NCBI GenBank assembly: GCA_040954595.2
Contig: CM082577.2
Span: forward strand, 7,775,846-7,839,845
DNA length: 64,000 bases
Source: Balanoglossus misakiensis
Lineage: Eukaryota > Animalia > Hemichordata
Direction of reading: 5' to 3'
Both the position numbers and the translations under genes were made by a program. How positions within the stretch are numbered: the stretch's first letter is position 1; each line of letters opens with the position of its first letter. The notes beneath the pieces are model-generated. The model did not search any database. It had not been told where the DNA came from and saw nothing but the letters and a program-made list of their open reading frames with translations. Below are positions 51,001 to 64,000 of this stretch, piece after piece.

Positions 51001-53155
51001 GATCCTTTTTCATAAACCCTTCACCCCCAGTTCCCTTATAGAAAGAAAACAAATGCATTTAGACGGAACCATGGTGGTCAAACTGCCATAGCATCTCATT
51101 AGTTGTTCATTCTTAGACCTTGTACATGTATAAGAGGCTTGCATTTCACAGTTTCAACTGTTGGCATATCTTACCTTCGGACTCTGTCGAAGAACACCGA
51201 TTTCTTCCTCGGTCTTTTTACTCAGCTTCGTACGATACTGGCTGAACGACTGGAACTGAAATGAGAGAAATGGAGATGGTATGTCAGCTTACTGAAAATA
51301 CAATCAGCTCATATTTTTACCTTTAAATACTCGTGCAGAACACCACAATGACATAGAAAACTGCAGCAAAAAGTTGGAAGACACAGAATTCACACACACT
51401 GTAAAACGGTATCCATGTGGCAAACGAACATGTGCCTCTATAACATAACAATACCGTAAGGCTAATATACATACCTGATATATAAATTCATCAATGATAT
51501 CCCACAACCACTGATTTGGTAACTCTAATGGAACTGGACCATCCGCATCTGTCAATACAAAACCCACACAATGTCATATCAATTTCATACTGACAAAATA
51601 ACAGTTACTGCTATTATCATTTTATTTTCACGTAGTAAAAAGGAAGAAAAGTGTGTACTTACTGAGAATGTAATTAAACAGATCACAATAGTTGTAATAG
51701 GATTCAAACCTCTGTGCTTGTGTGGGACCACCCTGTTGACGGAGTATGACAGAAAACAAAGTTTAGACAATCTGATTGGGGCAGCCTCTTGGTCAGCAAA
51801 TCACTTATGCCCACATATAGCTACCAGATATTAACTGAATGTCCCCGAGACATTACCTACGGCACCAAGGCACATGTGGTGCCTTTTTTATCCCACTTGA
51901 TACAGTAAAGTGCTGAAGGCCAGCTTTGACTTACTGTGACTTTAGCATAGATGTGTCTGTAGTAAAGCTCCTTGTACAAGTTCAGAAACAATGGATCTGG
52001 AAAACAAAACAAAGCAAAAACAGCAATGGAAAAGGTTGCAATCATTATGATCTTTTCATAACTACGTTAATACAATTGTCAGCAAACAGCAGAAATAAAT
52101 TCCCAAGAGAGCACACGGGTGGTACCCGTCTTTAAAAAGAAACTTGCTTACCACCGCCAACATGTGGGGAAACGAACTCTGCTTCGGGCCAAGGGGAGTT
52201 CTTGAAAAACCTCTCTGTCAGTTTGTTGAAGCTGGAAATGAAAGTCATCATGTCAGTGATTTTTTATTCAGCATGACATGCTGACAGGTGGTGAAAAAAA
52301 TGTCCATGTGCGGAGTAGATATTATGCGATATAAAATCAAGTGACTGATCAAAATTTTCAAAAAGTTTCCAACGGCAAATAGAAGTCCACACCTGTTTTC
52401 ATAGCAGTTGTTGATCTCGTACAAGTTGCCATCATTGATGCACTTGTGGAACAGCTGAATGAAGCTCTTGATCACTTCTGGGATGATGAAAGTAGGCGCT
52501 GATTGGCGTTCGTATGCCAAGTCCTGTCTGGGATCACCTGCAAGTTTCATCCAAAATCACAACATTTTTACATTAGATGTTTTCAGCGGTCATTGTGAAG
52601 GGAATTCGGAAATGAATCTGAACAAAAATCTGAACAGGCTGTGATCCCCGACACGAAGTTCAAGTCGAGACAGCGATGGGGTATCTTGTAAGACTTTGGA
52701 ATAGACCTCTCACCCGTGTGCATTTCGAAGTCTCCTCCTTCTTGATGAGCACCATATCCATATGCATATGGATCATACTGGCAAGAAGAAAAGAAATAAA
52801 CTATTATCATTTATGGAACGATCACATGGTTGGAACGATGTGTGAATATTATTTTTTATGACAGAGACGCAAAATAGGACACCCGTCATAATGTCAATTT
52901 AGTAGTCATCAGATGGTCTCACGCAAAATCTATGGACATTTGGAATGCAACCGGTACCATACGCTGTAGATGCAAGGTTTCCCTCGCCGTAGAGGGCCAT
53001 ATCAACAGTGGGGTTCCCATTATCGGCATCGGTTGCGTACAGGGCTGCTATTCCGAGAAGTTATGTGAATTCATTTCATGTTGACACACTACCTACATTA
53101 ACATCGGTTCTCCTACCTCATTCCCTTCCACAAATTCTTCACTCTGCATGTACAT
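48005..53155 (-). CDS. EIF3L: Eukaryotic translation initiation factor 3 subunit L
   Basis: [13 protein letters not shown]|[118 protein letters not shown]; TGA 48005-48007. Confidence 0.97.
51013..51080. mobile_element. piggyBac-like MITE, degenerate copy 3 (EIF3L intron)
   Basis: TAAACCCTTCACCCCCAGTTCCC...GGAACCATGGTGGT matches both ends of copies 1 and 2. Confidence 0.55.
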
Positions 53156-53204
53156 GTTGGAACTTTCGGCTGACAGATGTCCGCACCACGTTTTCCAGAA
53201 TGAA

Positions 53205-53222
53205 ACCAAGATGGCGGCGTTT
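53205..53222 (+). promoter_or_regulatory. YY1-type motif upstream of EIF3L
   Basis: CAAGATGGCGGC consensus about 55 bp upstream of the EIF3L ATG. Confidence 0.5.
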
Positions 53223-53933
53223 AGGTACACTTGGGTTATTACCAATTGTCATACGGATTCCCTAGGCTGCCTATAATTGTACATGGATGGTGAGCTGGCC
53301 AGAGCGCAACTGTGAACTGGGCCTGAACACGGTTTTATCAGCTGGTTCCATCCCGGGATCCATCCCCATGTCAATTTTTCGTAAATAATAAAAAAACAAA
53401 CCAATCGTAACAACATCTAACGTTCTGATATTTTATTAATACAACTACATAATGCGAGATCATAAAGTGTGAAAGACGAACATAACGGGACATCGACACC
53501 AAGTTGCTTTTCACAGTATTAAAACGTGTTGGAAAAAAAACACGCTGAGCTTCTCATGAATGGTTTTGACAGAGCATTACTTAGAAAGAACGACATAAAT
53601 GATCCTTCGTGAATAATAGCCTGTTAGAAAACTGTGCGTACATGTATTGTTGATACGTGCAGTCGTGCAGACAGACCGTGGCAGCCAGACAGACATAGAA
53701 ATTGCAAATGTTAGATATCTTGTAATAAGATCATCAGAGTAGGCGATTCCCTGCCTTTTGTAAAGTTTGGCTCTGATTTTACGTGTGAATATCACAGCTG
53801 TATATTTTTCATAGGCCTAAATACAGTGGCAATCAGACCAAGCATTTGTGTATTTGAACCTTCTTTACGAGCTGTTAGAGGAAGAAGACATATCTGGATA
53901 AATTGAATAATTGTATTGATTGTCAGCCTGAGG

Positions 53934-56900
53934 TCACGTTATGGAGTTCAAGTCAACGTTTCCGGCGGTTCTCAAATCAAATGTCCACTTTTGCTCGACG
54001 TGTCCCGTGCAAGGTTGAATCATCGGTAACTGCGGGGATTGGAGTAGGCCTAGGTTCGAAGGCGGGGCTACGCACATGCCGCTGTTCTCATGGATCAGTA
54101 GGGATGTCTGAAGAGAAAAGAAAAGGAATCTATCGTCAGATGTAGCCAAACCAAATACCCTCATGCAATTGGCTGTTTCAACAGAACATATTCAAATTTT
54201 ATGTACATGTATTGTCACCGGCTTCGTCCGTTTTAATAAGAGAATGCTGTTCATGCATTTATAAGTAGCAACACCTGTGTTATTCAACAGTTGTCGCCGT
54301 GCAACTGGACTGCTTCTTCTCGCCGTTCATTCTTGTTCTCTCCCCAAGTTACTGAGCTTATGGTAACCGTACCTTTTTATCATATTTCCAAAGCTGATTA
54401 CCACCTTTGCCGTGACACGGATAGAAAATGATAGTCCCTCTTGACACAGAGAAGTCCAAGCAATCCTTCTGGCGACGTATTTCTCTGGCTTTGGTGTAAA
54501 TAAAGGACTGGAGGGAAAGATAATTAAACGCAACTGTTAATTGTCTATTTCACTGTGTTTTAGGTTGTCGTCGTCGTCGTTGTTGTTGTTGTTGTTGTTG
54601 TTGAACTGCATATTTATTCGTTACTGCACTGCATTTCGAATAACTAAAACGAACGGTGAAACTTGCGCCCCAACCAGACCGACTTAGCCCATTACGTGTT
54701 AATCTGCGTCTTGGCAACGTTTGTTTCAAGTACTGTCAAATAACTTGAGTTACCTGTACAATTGCTTCATTACATGGCAATAGCTCTACTTTCTTCTGAC
54801 TGAGACTCACTCTACCTCTTGAATCAACTTTGCCGCCTTTCAGCAGATTTCCGTAATCCAAACAAACGTTGGACGAGATGTGACGGACCTGAAAACGTGG
54901 TTGAGAATCAATATTTCCAGATGAGCAGTAAATGCGACTTCAAAGTACTATAATGTACAGTTGATCTTGTTGTGATTTTTCTTGTTTGCTGTTTCCACAA
55001 TGCATAATAATTTCTGATATTAAAAGAAATCCGGATGCGCACAAGACTGAAGATATCGAGCTCATAACACATATAAACATGGATTTCACTTACGGCTACG
55101 ATACCATAGAATTCGATGGGGAAGTCCGTCTCCGGGTATACGTTCTGTAAATACCACTTGAAACTTTTGCATTGCAGCGACTGCTTCAGTGCAATCCTGT
55201 CCGAAATGTCACCAGGACCCGTTTTCAGCACTTCCGGGTGGGCGTTGTAGTACAGATGCTTGTACTCGTCCAACCAGACCTCGGCCAATCGGCGATTGTT
55301 GCGATGCATGATGTTGTACTTGTGATGGGGATAGGAGTGCGGCGATTTCTTGCGGAACACGTGGCCCACATGTGAACAAGGTACGAACTCAAGTGTGCCA
55401 CCACACATCCACGTCTGTCGGGAGAAGTTTTGTCAGAATAGAAAGTAAGTTTACATATCTGTTATATAAATCATAATGCGAATACGATGATTTCAATAAA
55501 TTGACACACACAATCAGCTTCTTCGGGACATTTGATTAGCTAATTTGCTGGCTGTCTGGTTGATTGGTTGACTAATTAACTGACTGAATGACTGACTGAC
55601 TCTCTGACCGACTGACTAACTCATTGACTGATTACCGACGGACGGACTAACCAATCAGCCAACCATCCAACCAACAAATTACCCATCCTCTTTACATTGT
55701 CATGAAATCCTATGACTAAGAACTGTCACAGCTAGTGCTAAACTATTTCACAAACAATGTTATTCAATTAATGTATGTTCGGTGTCTGATGCTGTCACAC
55801 ACTTGGTGTCTCTATGAACATGCCTACCTTGAACGACAATTCTAAATTTTCTCCGCCCCATACGTCAAATCCTGGGTCGTACGTCCCAAGCTGGTAAAAA
55901 AATTCGCGATCAATTGAAAACAACCCACCGGCCATCGTTGGTGATCTGAGAGAAGAAAGCAAGATGCAACTATCAATGTTGGCAGCTGGAAAACTACCCA
56001 CTCACAGCCCACGGTTCGCTACAAGGCTCCTCACTGATGCGCCCTCAACTGTTTAGCAAAGGAGAAACCCCATATGGTGTTGTGTAGCGAACCGGGTACA
56101 CATGCAATCAGTCCATAAGCCTGCATGGACGACGAGAGGGGCTGTGAGAGAGTCTAGAAAACTACCCTACTCCAGTGCATCGTCTCTCCGGCCTGCAACT
56201 GACTGACAAGAAAGTCTATAGGCTCTACACAATTCTTAAAATGTAGAAATTCTTGAATGTGACATTTCTCATCTATCATAGTACGTAGTCACATACCTGA
56301 CTGGAAGAGTTTGGCTGAAGTTCAACCTATCCAATTCTGGCTTTGGAACGATGTGCCACGTGAAGATCAACCGCCAATCAAAGCCGCCGACTTGAGTGTG
56401 TCTCCCGCCAGAGTCCATGAATTCAAATGTCTCGTCGCTGATGATGTTGATTATTGGACAGACAACGTTTTTCCTGCAAGATGTATGTTAAAAAGTTGCA
56501 AGCAGTGGTCATTTGCGTGACATTTTACTGAAAACATAGTTTTCCTATGAAAACTGGTACCCCTGGTATATCACATTGATTACTTATAGCATAGACCCAT
56601 TAGCTCCATGATAGACCCCCAAGAGGTTCTGCCACCAATGAACTGTGAAAACGAATTCAAAATGACTACATTCTCACCTGTTCTCGGCTATTCTGGCCAG
56701 TAACGGCTCTAGCCAACCCTCGGTACACTCACAGTGGGAATCGAGGAACGTAACGACGTCACCCCTGGCCAAGTTGGTACCTATGAGACGGGCCCGCGTC
56801 AGACCCTCGCGCTGTTGGCAGTGATGAACGATGACAGGGACAGGCAGTTTGGAAACGTAGTCATCCAATTTGGCCTTCAAGAAGTCTTCAAATAAACAGT

Positions 56901-59389
56901 AACACTGATCACTTCTGATTCGAGGAGTAAACTCAACACATGTTGACATGCATGGGATGGGAACTGACTTGTTTGCCATGAACTGACACACCAAAAGTGA
57001 CTTTTCTTGTGGTTGTGCCTGTTTTCACGAAGGGAAATGTGATTTCACCGAGAACCATGGTCCAGTGTGTTTTTAACTCTCGAAAAAAAACGTTTGGATA
57101 TTATTTTATGCGAGTACATATTCCGAAGTCAAAGTTCAGTTCTCTTATCGTCTGATCTGTGCTACTCTAAAATATTCTTAAAATATTATAGCGGTTTGAG
57201 CATCCTTTGGTACTGACGTTGATTTCATATTTTTTTCAAAGAGAAATGTCCCAGATTTCTCACCTTGATTGCTGAAATCATCGACCAGTATAATCTCGCG
57301 TAGGAGATGTGACGGTGATCTGTTGATAACGCTGTGCACTGTCCGTAACAGAGTACTCCATGCCTCGTTGTGAAAGACGATGATAACGGAAGTAGTGGGC
57401 AGAAAGGATGGATAAGATAACTTTGCACATCTGGAGGGAGAACAACAGAGTCCACGGATTAAAATTAGTGGAAATAGATAACGAGACAACAATCTGTGTT
57501 TCATAAACGGAGCTCAAAGACAGTAAAACGCAATCGAACGAGGAGTTTCTGTGATCATGGTACATGTACTCGCCGAGTTGTGTTGATACGGCAAAAATCT
57601 TCGTTGGAGATTTACAAATACATGTACCACCCTGTATACCAGGGTACTACACGTGGGTCTACCAATAGTATCTTGTGATGGAGATAAGGCCATAACAGTA
57701 GTGCACCGCATTTAATGCTGCAATAGCTGTATCATTTCGCCTATTTTCGGTTGTTATGTTGTCCAACTTGAAAATTTCAACTACCCGTGCTCCAGAAGAT
57801 AAATTGGCATGGTTTATTGTACATATCAAAGCCTCTCTCATGTCCAATAGAGGGGTTGTGTATGAATGTTTTGATGGTACATTGTGTATAATAAACAACC
57901 TATACGAACAGCAGCAGCTTTTACATAATAATTCGCACATTTAACACTCAATGTATTCTCCTCCCATTCTTGCAATGGCTGTGCATTTCAGCTGTCACAT
58001 CCACATTTGAAGTGTGACGTAACATAATGTGTGTTCTATTAATTTATAATGAATAGACTATCAAGTCTGTGTATGTATGTATGTGTGCGTGTATGTGAGT
58101 GTGTGTGTGTGTGTGTGTGTGTGCGTGTGTATTTGTGTGTGCGTGCGTGTTTACGTGTGTGTGTCTATCTGTCTTCCAGCAATGCCCTCTAAAATGTTTG
58201 AACTTTACTTTGTACGAATATGTGTGGTTACCAATAATCACATTTGGTGCATGACGGGAACAATACCAAACGTTACCGGTTTATTTCTTTCGGGTTTTCG
58301 TGTTCTTCTAATCCTGGAAGCCGTTTTTTGTTTTGTTTTCCCCATAAACAGCCTAAGGTATTTTGATTCTCTTAAAACTTACTCACCCAGGAGGTCTGAC
58401 GTCAGTCAGTGATCGATTAACCGAGATGAGATCGCTGGCCATGAGATTGAACTGGTTGATTCGAAACAACTTGTCCATCGTTTCTTTCTTTGAAATGTCG
58501 ATGTACACCGGTTTCCCCATCTCTCCCGGGGCGTTGCTCATGGTAACCTTGGGCTCGGTCGGGATTAACGTGTGCGTCAAATTCAGCATCGCTACATCAA
58601 GTGATAAAAAAGCCAATACAGACAGAATGTTCAAGCATTTCTTATAATACTTTCAAAATATCAGCATCAATCTTTTACCGAAAATAGATGAGAAATAGAA
58701 CGGTTTGAAGTGTCCTGTATTTTGACTCTCCCACTCATCAACATGTATTTCATTTCCATGACATAATATTGAATTCTAAAATTACGAAAATATGTTTACT
58801 AAATGAGGACATGATTATGATCATTACCTTCACATATGGGCGTGACAAAAAACAAGAAACTACTGTTTTCATAGGAATACGAGATTTTCTACGATTTTGT
58901 GACAAAAAGTTCAGATTAATCTTAATGAAACCAGCCCAGTCTACTGTGTTGGTCAATTTAAGTATTAATTTTAATATACCCCTTCCCGAGGACATCCAAT
59001 GGCATCAAACAGACGGTCATTCCGAACTTACATTTCTCTTCGTCGCCATATGGGCGAATGTCTCCTTTCTTCGGATTCTGCATCGACTTGACTTCTTTCT
59101 CGGCCATCAGCATCTTTCCTCCTACGGGTGTCGCTGTCATCGTTTCGCCTATATCAGTTTCAAACATTCTCTTGACAACGACAATCTCCCGCGCAACTTG
59201 CTCGTGTCCACCCGTGTCCGCTCTCGCCTTCCTTACCAGATGGCGTTCACCGGACGTCCCATCGTCTTGCGCGTCGGTCCTACCGGCGAACTCGAATAAA
59301 AGTCGAAAATTCAATAGCATGGTCACCATAATGCACACACAGAACACAGATCTGTAACGGCGGCGTCCGCGGGGTATTAGTATAGCCAT
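53934..59389 (-). CDS. Polypeptide N-acetylgalactosaminyltransferase (GT27, GALNT1/13-like), copy A, complete, ~10 exons
   Basis: Type II anchor [26 protein letters not shown]; [27 protein letters not shown]; [25 protein letters not shown]; DxH motif TFLDSHCEC; [21 protein letters not shown]; [18 protein letters not shown]; three ricin-type repeats; stop 53934-53936. Confidence 0.93.
58067..58164. repeat. (GT)n-rich microsatellite, intronic
   Basis: Directly visible. Confidence 0.9.
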
Positions 59390-61519
59390 TTTGAGTCAGA
59401 ATGTCAAAAAAAAAATGATGGATTGTAGAGCGTCACGTCAAATTGTCGAACTCCGCGCTTTCCCCGTATGTACCAATGCTGCGCCCCGTGTGTAACCAAT
59501 CGTTGAATAGCCTGCAGACGTGTATTCGCTATGAGGGACTGCGAATTTCAGTAGATTACGACGTGACAGCAAACCCAGTACATGTCATCCACAATGTTGA
59601 CACCCGGCCCATACCGATAGAATGATACAGATTACACACACTTTTGTGTGATGGGATGGCGCGACTCCAGTGTCCCAGTTCTTTCCTGGCGAACCTACAA
59701 GTGTATAGGTATACCGGTGTATCTAATTGACACCGTGTAGAATTTTAGCCACATCACACGCCATGTCGCCGGAATAACTATGATATTTTAGTTGTAAAAA
59801 TTGTAAAGTAAGATGAATGACAATAGTGGTTAATTCAGAGGCACCGGCGTCAGCTGTGTCCAGCACTCGATCACGTGGCAGGCAAAAAAAGCCAAGCGTT
59901 CGACGTGAACAAATTAATGACTATTGTGTGGCCGGCTATGGAATTCTGTATGTATGTAAATGGTTCTACATGTGTCACACTGTGTCACAAGTGGACGCGC
60001 CGTTTCAGTCATTGATATATACCACAAGCTCACAAGATCGCTTGGATAGTTCTGTTTTCGGCAGAAAGCGAGCAACACGCTGTCGTTGAAGAGAGATTGT
60101 TTAAAACCCCGGGTAATATACCGCGTAGTTGTAATCGAAACTGTAATCCGGCGATATTTGCGGAAATGGGGTACATCGCCAGTATCATTCACGATATAGG
60201 TCTCGGAAAAGAAACATCACCACAACACGTATCGATATAAATTTAAAAGTATATTTTTTACTAAACCAAAGAACACAATTATTACAATCACACTTTCTTT
60301 CTGAAAATCAAGGCACGTATGACAGTGAAATCGGCACGGTGAATCACTTCTTAAAAATTATAGTCACGGTTCCGTTCACTAATAAATACCTCAAGGAGGT
60401 ACCCTATCATTGCAAGACTATCATTTTAATTTCTTGCACATTTCTAAGAAGAACAAAAACATATAAAAACAACTGCACTAAATTATGAAACTAAATTTTA
60501 AGTATTTTCTTTGTTTGCTAAGCAAACAACACGTTAAGCTTTCCTAAAGTAAATGAATAGGCACTTGGCGGATTTGTACAACCCTAACTTGCAAGTTGAG
60601 ATGTCTGAATGAAATATATATATATTGGTGGTGATCGTGCGCAGGTCCAAACTTGTTATTGGAGTCTTTTTTCCACGAAAAGTGGAAACGTCGCTGTCTC
60701 CTCAGTAGATCCTAGCATTATTAGCTTCTGACTGTGTTCCCTGTTGTAGTATGGATAATGTTTGTTATGTTTACCATAGCGCTCTACAACCTATTATTCC
60801 ATTTGTTTGCGAACATCGAAAAAAATTAGAGTCACGGGTTATACAGAAATGTAAGCGTGGAAAGTTTTAACTTCGGGCATTGTTCCAGTGTGCTTGTCTG
60901 GACGCACACATTTCTACGCAGAGGCGACAGGACAGGGAACATCTGTTTCAATGGGCTCCTCTTGGTGTTTCCTTGCTGGCCACCGCTGAGGGCACACTCG
61001 TACGAAGATGATGGCTATAGCAACAATGACAGTGTGTTCACAGCTTCATCATATTTCGATACATTATAAAATAAATATAAAAGTTTTATGGGTTGTTCTC
61101 AGCCACAGAAGAATCCATTTTGTTCGAACCGTTGCCGTGAAGAACACTTCTTTCTGGGGTTCCGAGAAACGCTTCTTTTCTGAAGTTCAGACCAAAGGCA
61201 CGTATATCTTGAATTAAGAAAGAAATCCTCGAAAATCGGTTCAGATTCAGAATGAAAGTTTGCGATAGTACTATCCCCTTTTATTAAATACGCTGATTCC
61301 GCGCGGAAATCCCGTTTGCGATGTCCGTTGATGGCAAACCAGTTAAATAGCCCAGTACGCACACTGCCACCGGCTACCATATCCATGTCAAGTCTGTGTG
61401 TCGGTTTTTCATGATATTCGGCATTGATTTATTCGTATTCAGTAATCTTACCAGGTATTTTGATTGATTGATTGTCTTTGCAGAATCTATACAAGACGAT
61501 ACGTTTCTCTACTTCTGTA

Positions 61520-63778
61520 CTATGTGATGTCGGCGGGAGATATGTTGCCAGGAAACCGAATGTTCAATTCCCACTGCTGTGAGGGCGCACCGGAGCACTC
61601 TTTCATCGTCGCCAGCATGCTGTTCGTATCCGGTTTGTCCAGACAGAGTCGACTTGCCGGGTGATATAAAGTTTTTGTCTGAAAAAGCGAAAATAAGTAA
61701 AATTTCAGCATGGAATCTATTCACAAGTTATGCCATGATCCACTGCCCTAAGGATACGACCCGTAAATTTCTGTTTCTTGGCAGAATCAGGGACTAAAAT
61801 ATCCCCCTGCTGTCAATGACTCCAATACGAATACGAAAATATAGGCCTAAGCGAAATTGAAGACGAATACGAGAATACGAGAATAACTTCATCATCGTGT
61901 GTGGGGGCGCTGCTGATATTCCCGTTTCAAGGCACGCACCTCCATGACACCGATTTCTGCCCCGTAATGCATTGAAAAGAAAACAAAGCAGGTTTCACGC
62001 AAATCTGTACGATCACTTACATCTTGATTGTGAACCCATTCCTGGTTGGAGCCTTTCCCATGACACTCGTAGAGGAAAGCGTATGAGAACTGCATGTTGT
62101 AGTCTAGACACATGTGCATGAATCGAAACTCTTTTTTGTCAGTCTGGATGAACATCTGGAACGGATACAGAAAAGTGCCGTTACTATGGCAATACGTGAC
62201 GTCTTTAGTGCCCAGTAATGGAGAACGACTGTCAAGAGTCTCGAGGGGAATAATCTCTCACAATCTCTGCGTTGTTCATCATATCTGATTATCTTCTATA
62301 CACCCACTCTTTTCTCAAGAATTCTTCATGTTCCGTTTCCTCGAAGATAACGTTTAAAAATATTCTTGACTCAAATCAACGTTAACAGAAATTTGTCTCT
62401 TTCAAAGCAAAGCAAAGCAAAGCAAAACATTACAATCGAGGCCATCGTAGTAACTGAGGAATTACTGAAAAAACGGTCCAGGCAGGCTAAGAGAAGTCAG
62501 GAATATTGGATTTTTTGTTTCCAGAGGAAAGCAACGGTCGATTAGTAATATTGTTCGAAGAAAGCTTTAGTTGGGAGTATGCAATGTAAACGGGAGTTAG
62601 TGAATTTGTCAGTGTATGGGCGATTTGTAGTACCTGCACTTTGCCATCGTGGCAAGGCCACAACTCCACTTTGTTTGCCGTCACGTTCACAGCGTCTTGA
62701 CCTTTGAACTCGTTTGACCCATGGCGAGCAGCTTTGCCCACGTCCAGGCAGTGGCCGGAGCCCAGATTCTTCAGCTGAAAGAGAGCGTGCATACGTACCA
62801 AGTAGTCAGAAAGTCACCAAGTTGAACAGTGCATTTCTTTGAAAATGGCCTCTTATTAAATCTAACAGGTCTGGAGAAAAAATGTGATTAACACGAGAGA
62901 CTTGAAATGCCAATTTGGAATATTATAATGGTAGAACCTTTACAAAACCAACGATTATTTTTATGGGTGATAGTTTGCAAACCTATCATGTATTGTACTA
63001 CTACTAATTTCCCAAGGTTAATTATAAAAATGTTGAGTTTAAAAGAGAGACCTTGGTTATAGCCCCGAAGATGATTTCTTACAGGCTTTGAACAACTGTT
63101 CGTTCATGTAGAACTAGGCCGGACAAAGAAATCTGTCTAAGATAGGGCGCTTTGATGGTTTTTTTCACTTTGGATGAGATACTGATAATCATTTGCATAT
63201 TTTCTCCTTAGAGGGGCGATTGGATATCATGTACCATCTGTTTCCCGTTTTTCTGACATTGACGTCAGCGCTCAGTCACCACACATAATACTCTAGAACG
63301 ATGTATGAATGAGCTTAAACGGCAACAAAGCTACATTTCTAACTCATTCTAAGAAACTAAAATATGGAGTAGACATGACAGCCTACTTAAAATTTGTAAG
63401 TGGAACGGGAGACACCTTCCGAAAAAAGCCAGTATCTGTTAACATCGGGTCACTCACCTGACCTACTCCAGTGAACGCGAAGTTATAGTGCGACTCCGGG
63501 TAGATGTTCTCCAAGAACCACCTGAAAGATTTACACTTGAGGTCCTTCCTGAGTTTCTTCCGTGGGCTCAAGTCACCGGGGTCAATCTTCATGTTCTCGG
63601 GTTGGTTTGCATAGTAAAGGTACTTGTACTCGTCCAGCCACACTTCCACTAGTCGGTGGTTGTTTCTGCCGACAACGTTGTACGTTGTGTTCTTGTATTT
63701 GTGCGGGTTGTGCTTTCGGAACACGTGACCGACGTGAGAGCAAGGGACGAACTCTAGGGTTCCGCCACACATCCAAAT
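61520..63778 (-). CDS. Polypeptide GalNAc-transferase copy B, 3' part only; exons 63458-63778, ~62634-62774, ~62021-62155, 61520-61678
   Basis: [47 protein letters not shown]; ricin repeats [36 protein letters not shown]; same intron positions as copy A; upstream exons lie beyond the window. Confidence 0.92.
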
Positions 63779-64000
63779 CTAAGATCATAATATATATAAA
63801 AACGCCATGTTATGTTATGTTTTGTTATGTTATGTTATGTTAATATGTTATGTTATAATAATAATTATGTAATTTTGTAATAGCAGAAGAATACCTCCCA
63901 GGCATCTACTATTGTGTACTCTATATTTTTCCAACGATTTTCTCTTTTTATTTATTTCACACCCCGATGATACCGACTTCAAATGTTGGCCTATCATTCT

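Noticed and set aside
53281-53386. U4atac snRNA (GAGCGCA, GCCTGAACA, Sm-like AATTTTT)
   Set aside because: Lacks the 5' sequence needed to pair with U6atac, and the Sm-like site ends in C rather than G.
58769-59357. 176-aa and 99-aa plus-strand ORFs
   Set aside because: Antisense shadows of GALNT copy A exon 1; no domain features.
59443-61450. Possible hidden gene between the two GALNTs
   Set aside because: No consistent spliced ORF found; compatible with the 3'UTR of copy B and the promoter of copy A.
61749-61757. GTATCCTT on the minus strand as a second U12 donor
   Set aside because: Lies inside an ordinary GT-AG intron of GALNT copy B, not at an exon boundary.

Overview
Gene-dense, intron-rich animal genomic DNA (AT-rich, GT-AG introns, many microsatellites and MITEs). 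It is probably from an invertebrate deuterostome such as a hemichordate or echinoderm (inference only). Gene models were spliced by hand from the sequence. In order: the 3' part of a proteinase K/subtilisin-family (S8A) gene whose three catalytic-triad residues are all Ala (+); two tandem type II membrane hexosaminidase D (GH20)-like genes (-); MLST8 (+, with a U12-type first intron); IFT27 (-); a SOUL heme-binding protein gene with a premature stop (-); CHTF18 (-) head-to-head with RPUSD1 (+); EIF3L (-); and two tandem polypeptide GalNAc-transferase genes (-, the second truncated by the window edge). The most striking feature is the intact, cleanly spliced but catalytically dead subtilisin (D->A, H->A, S->A, oxyanion N->D). 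Most entries in the supplied ORF track are single exons read into introns or repeat artefacts. No database searches were run; identifications rest on recognised motifs.
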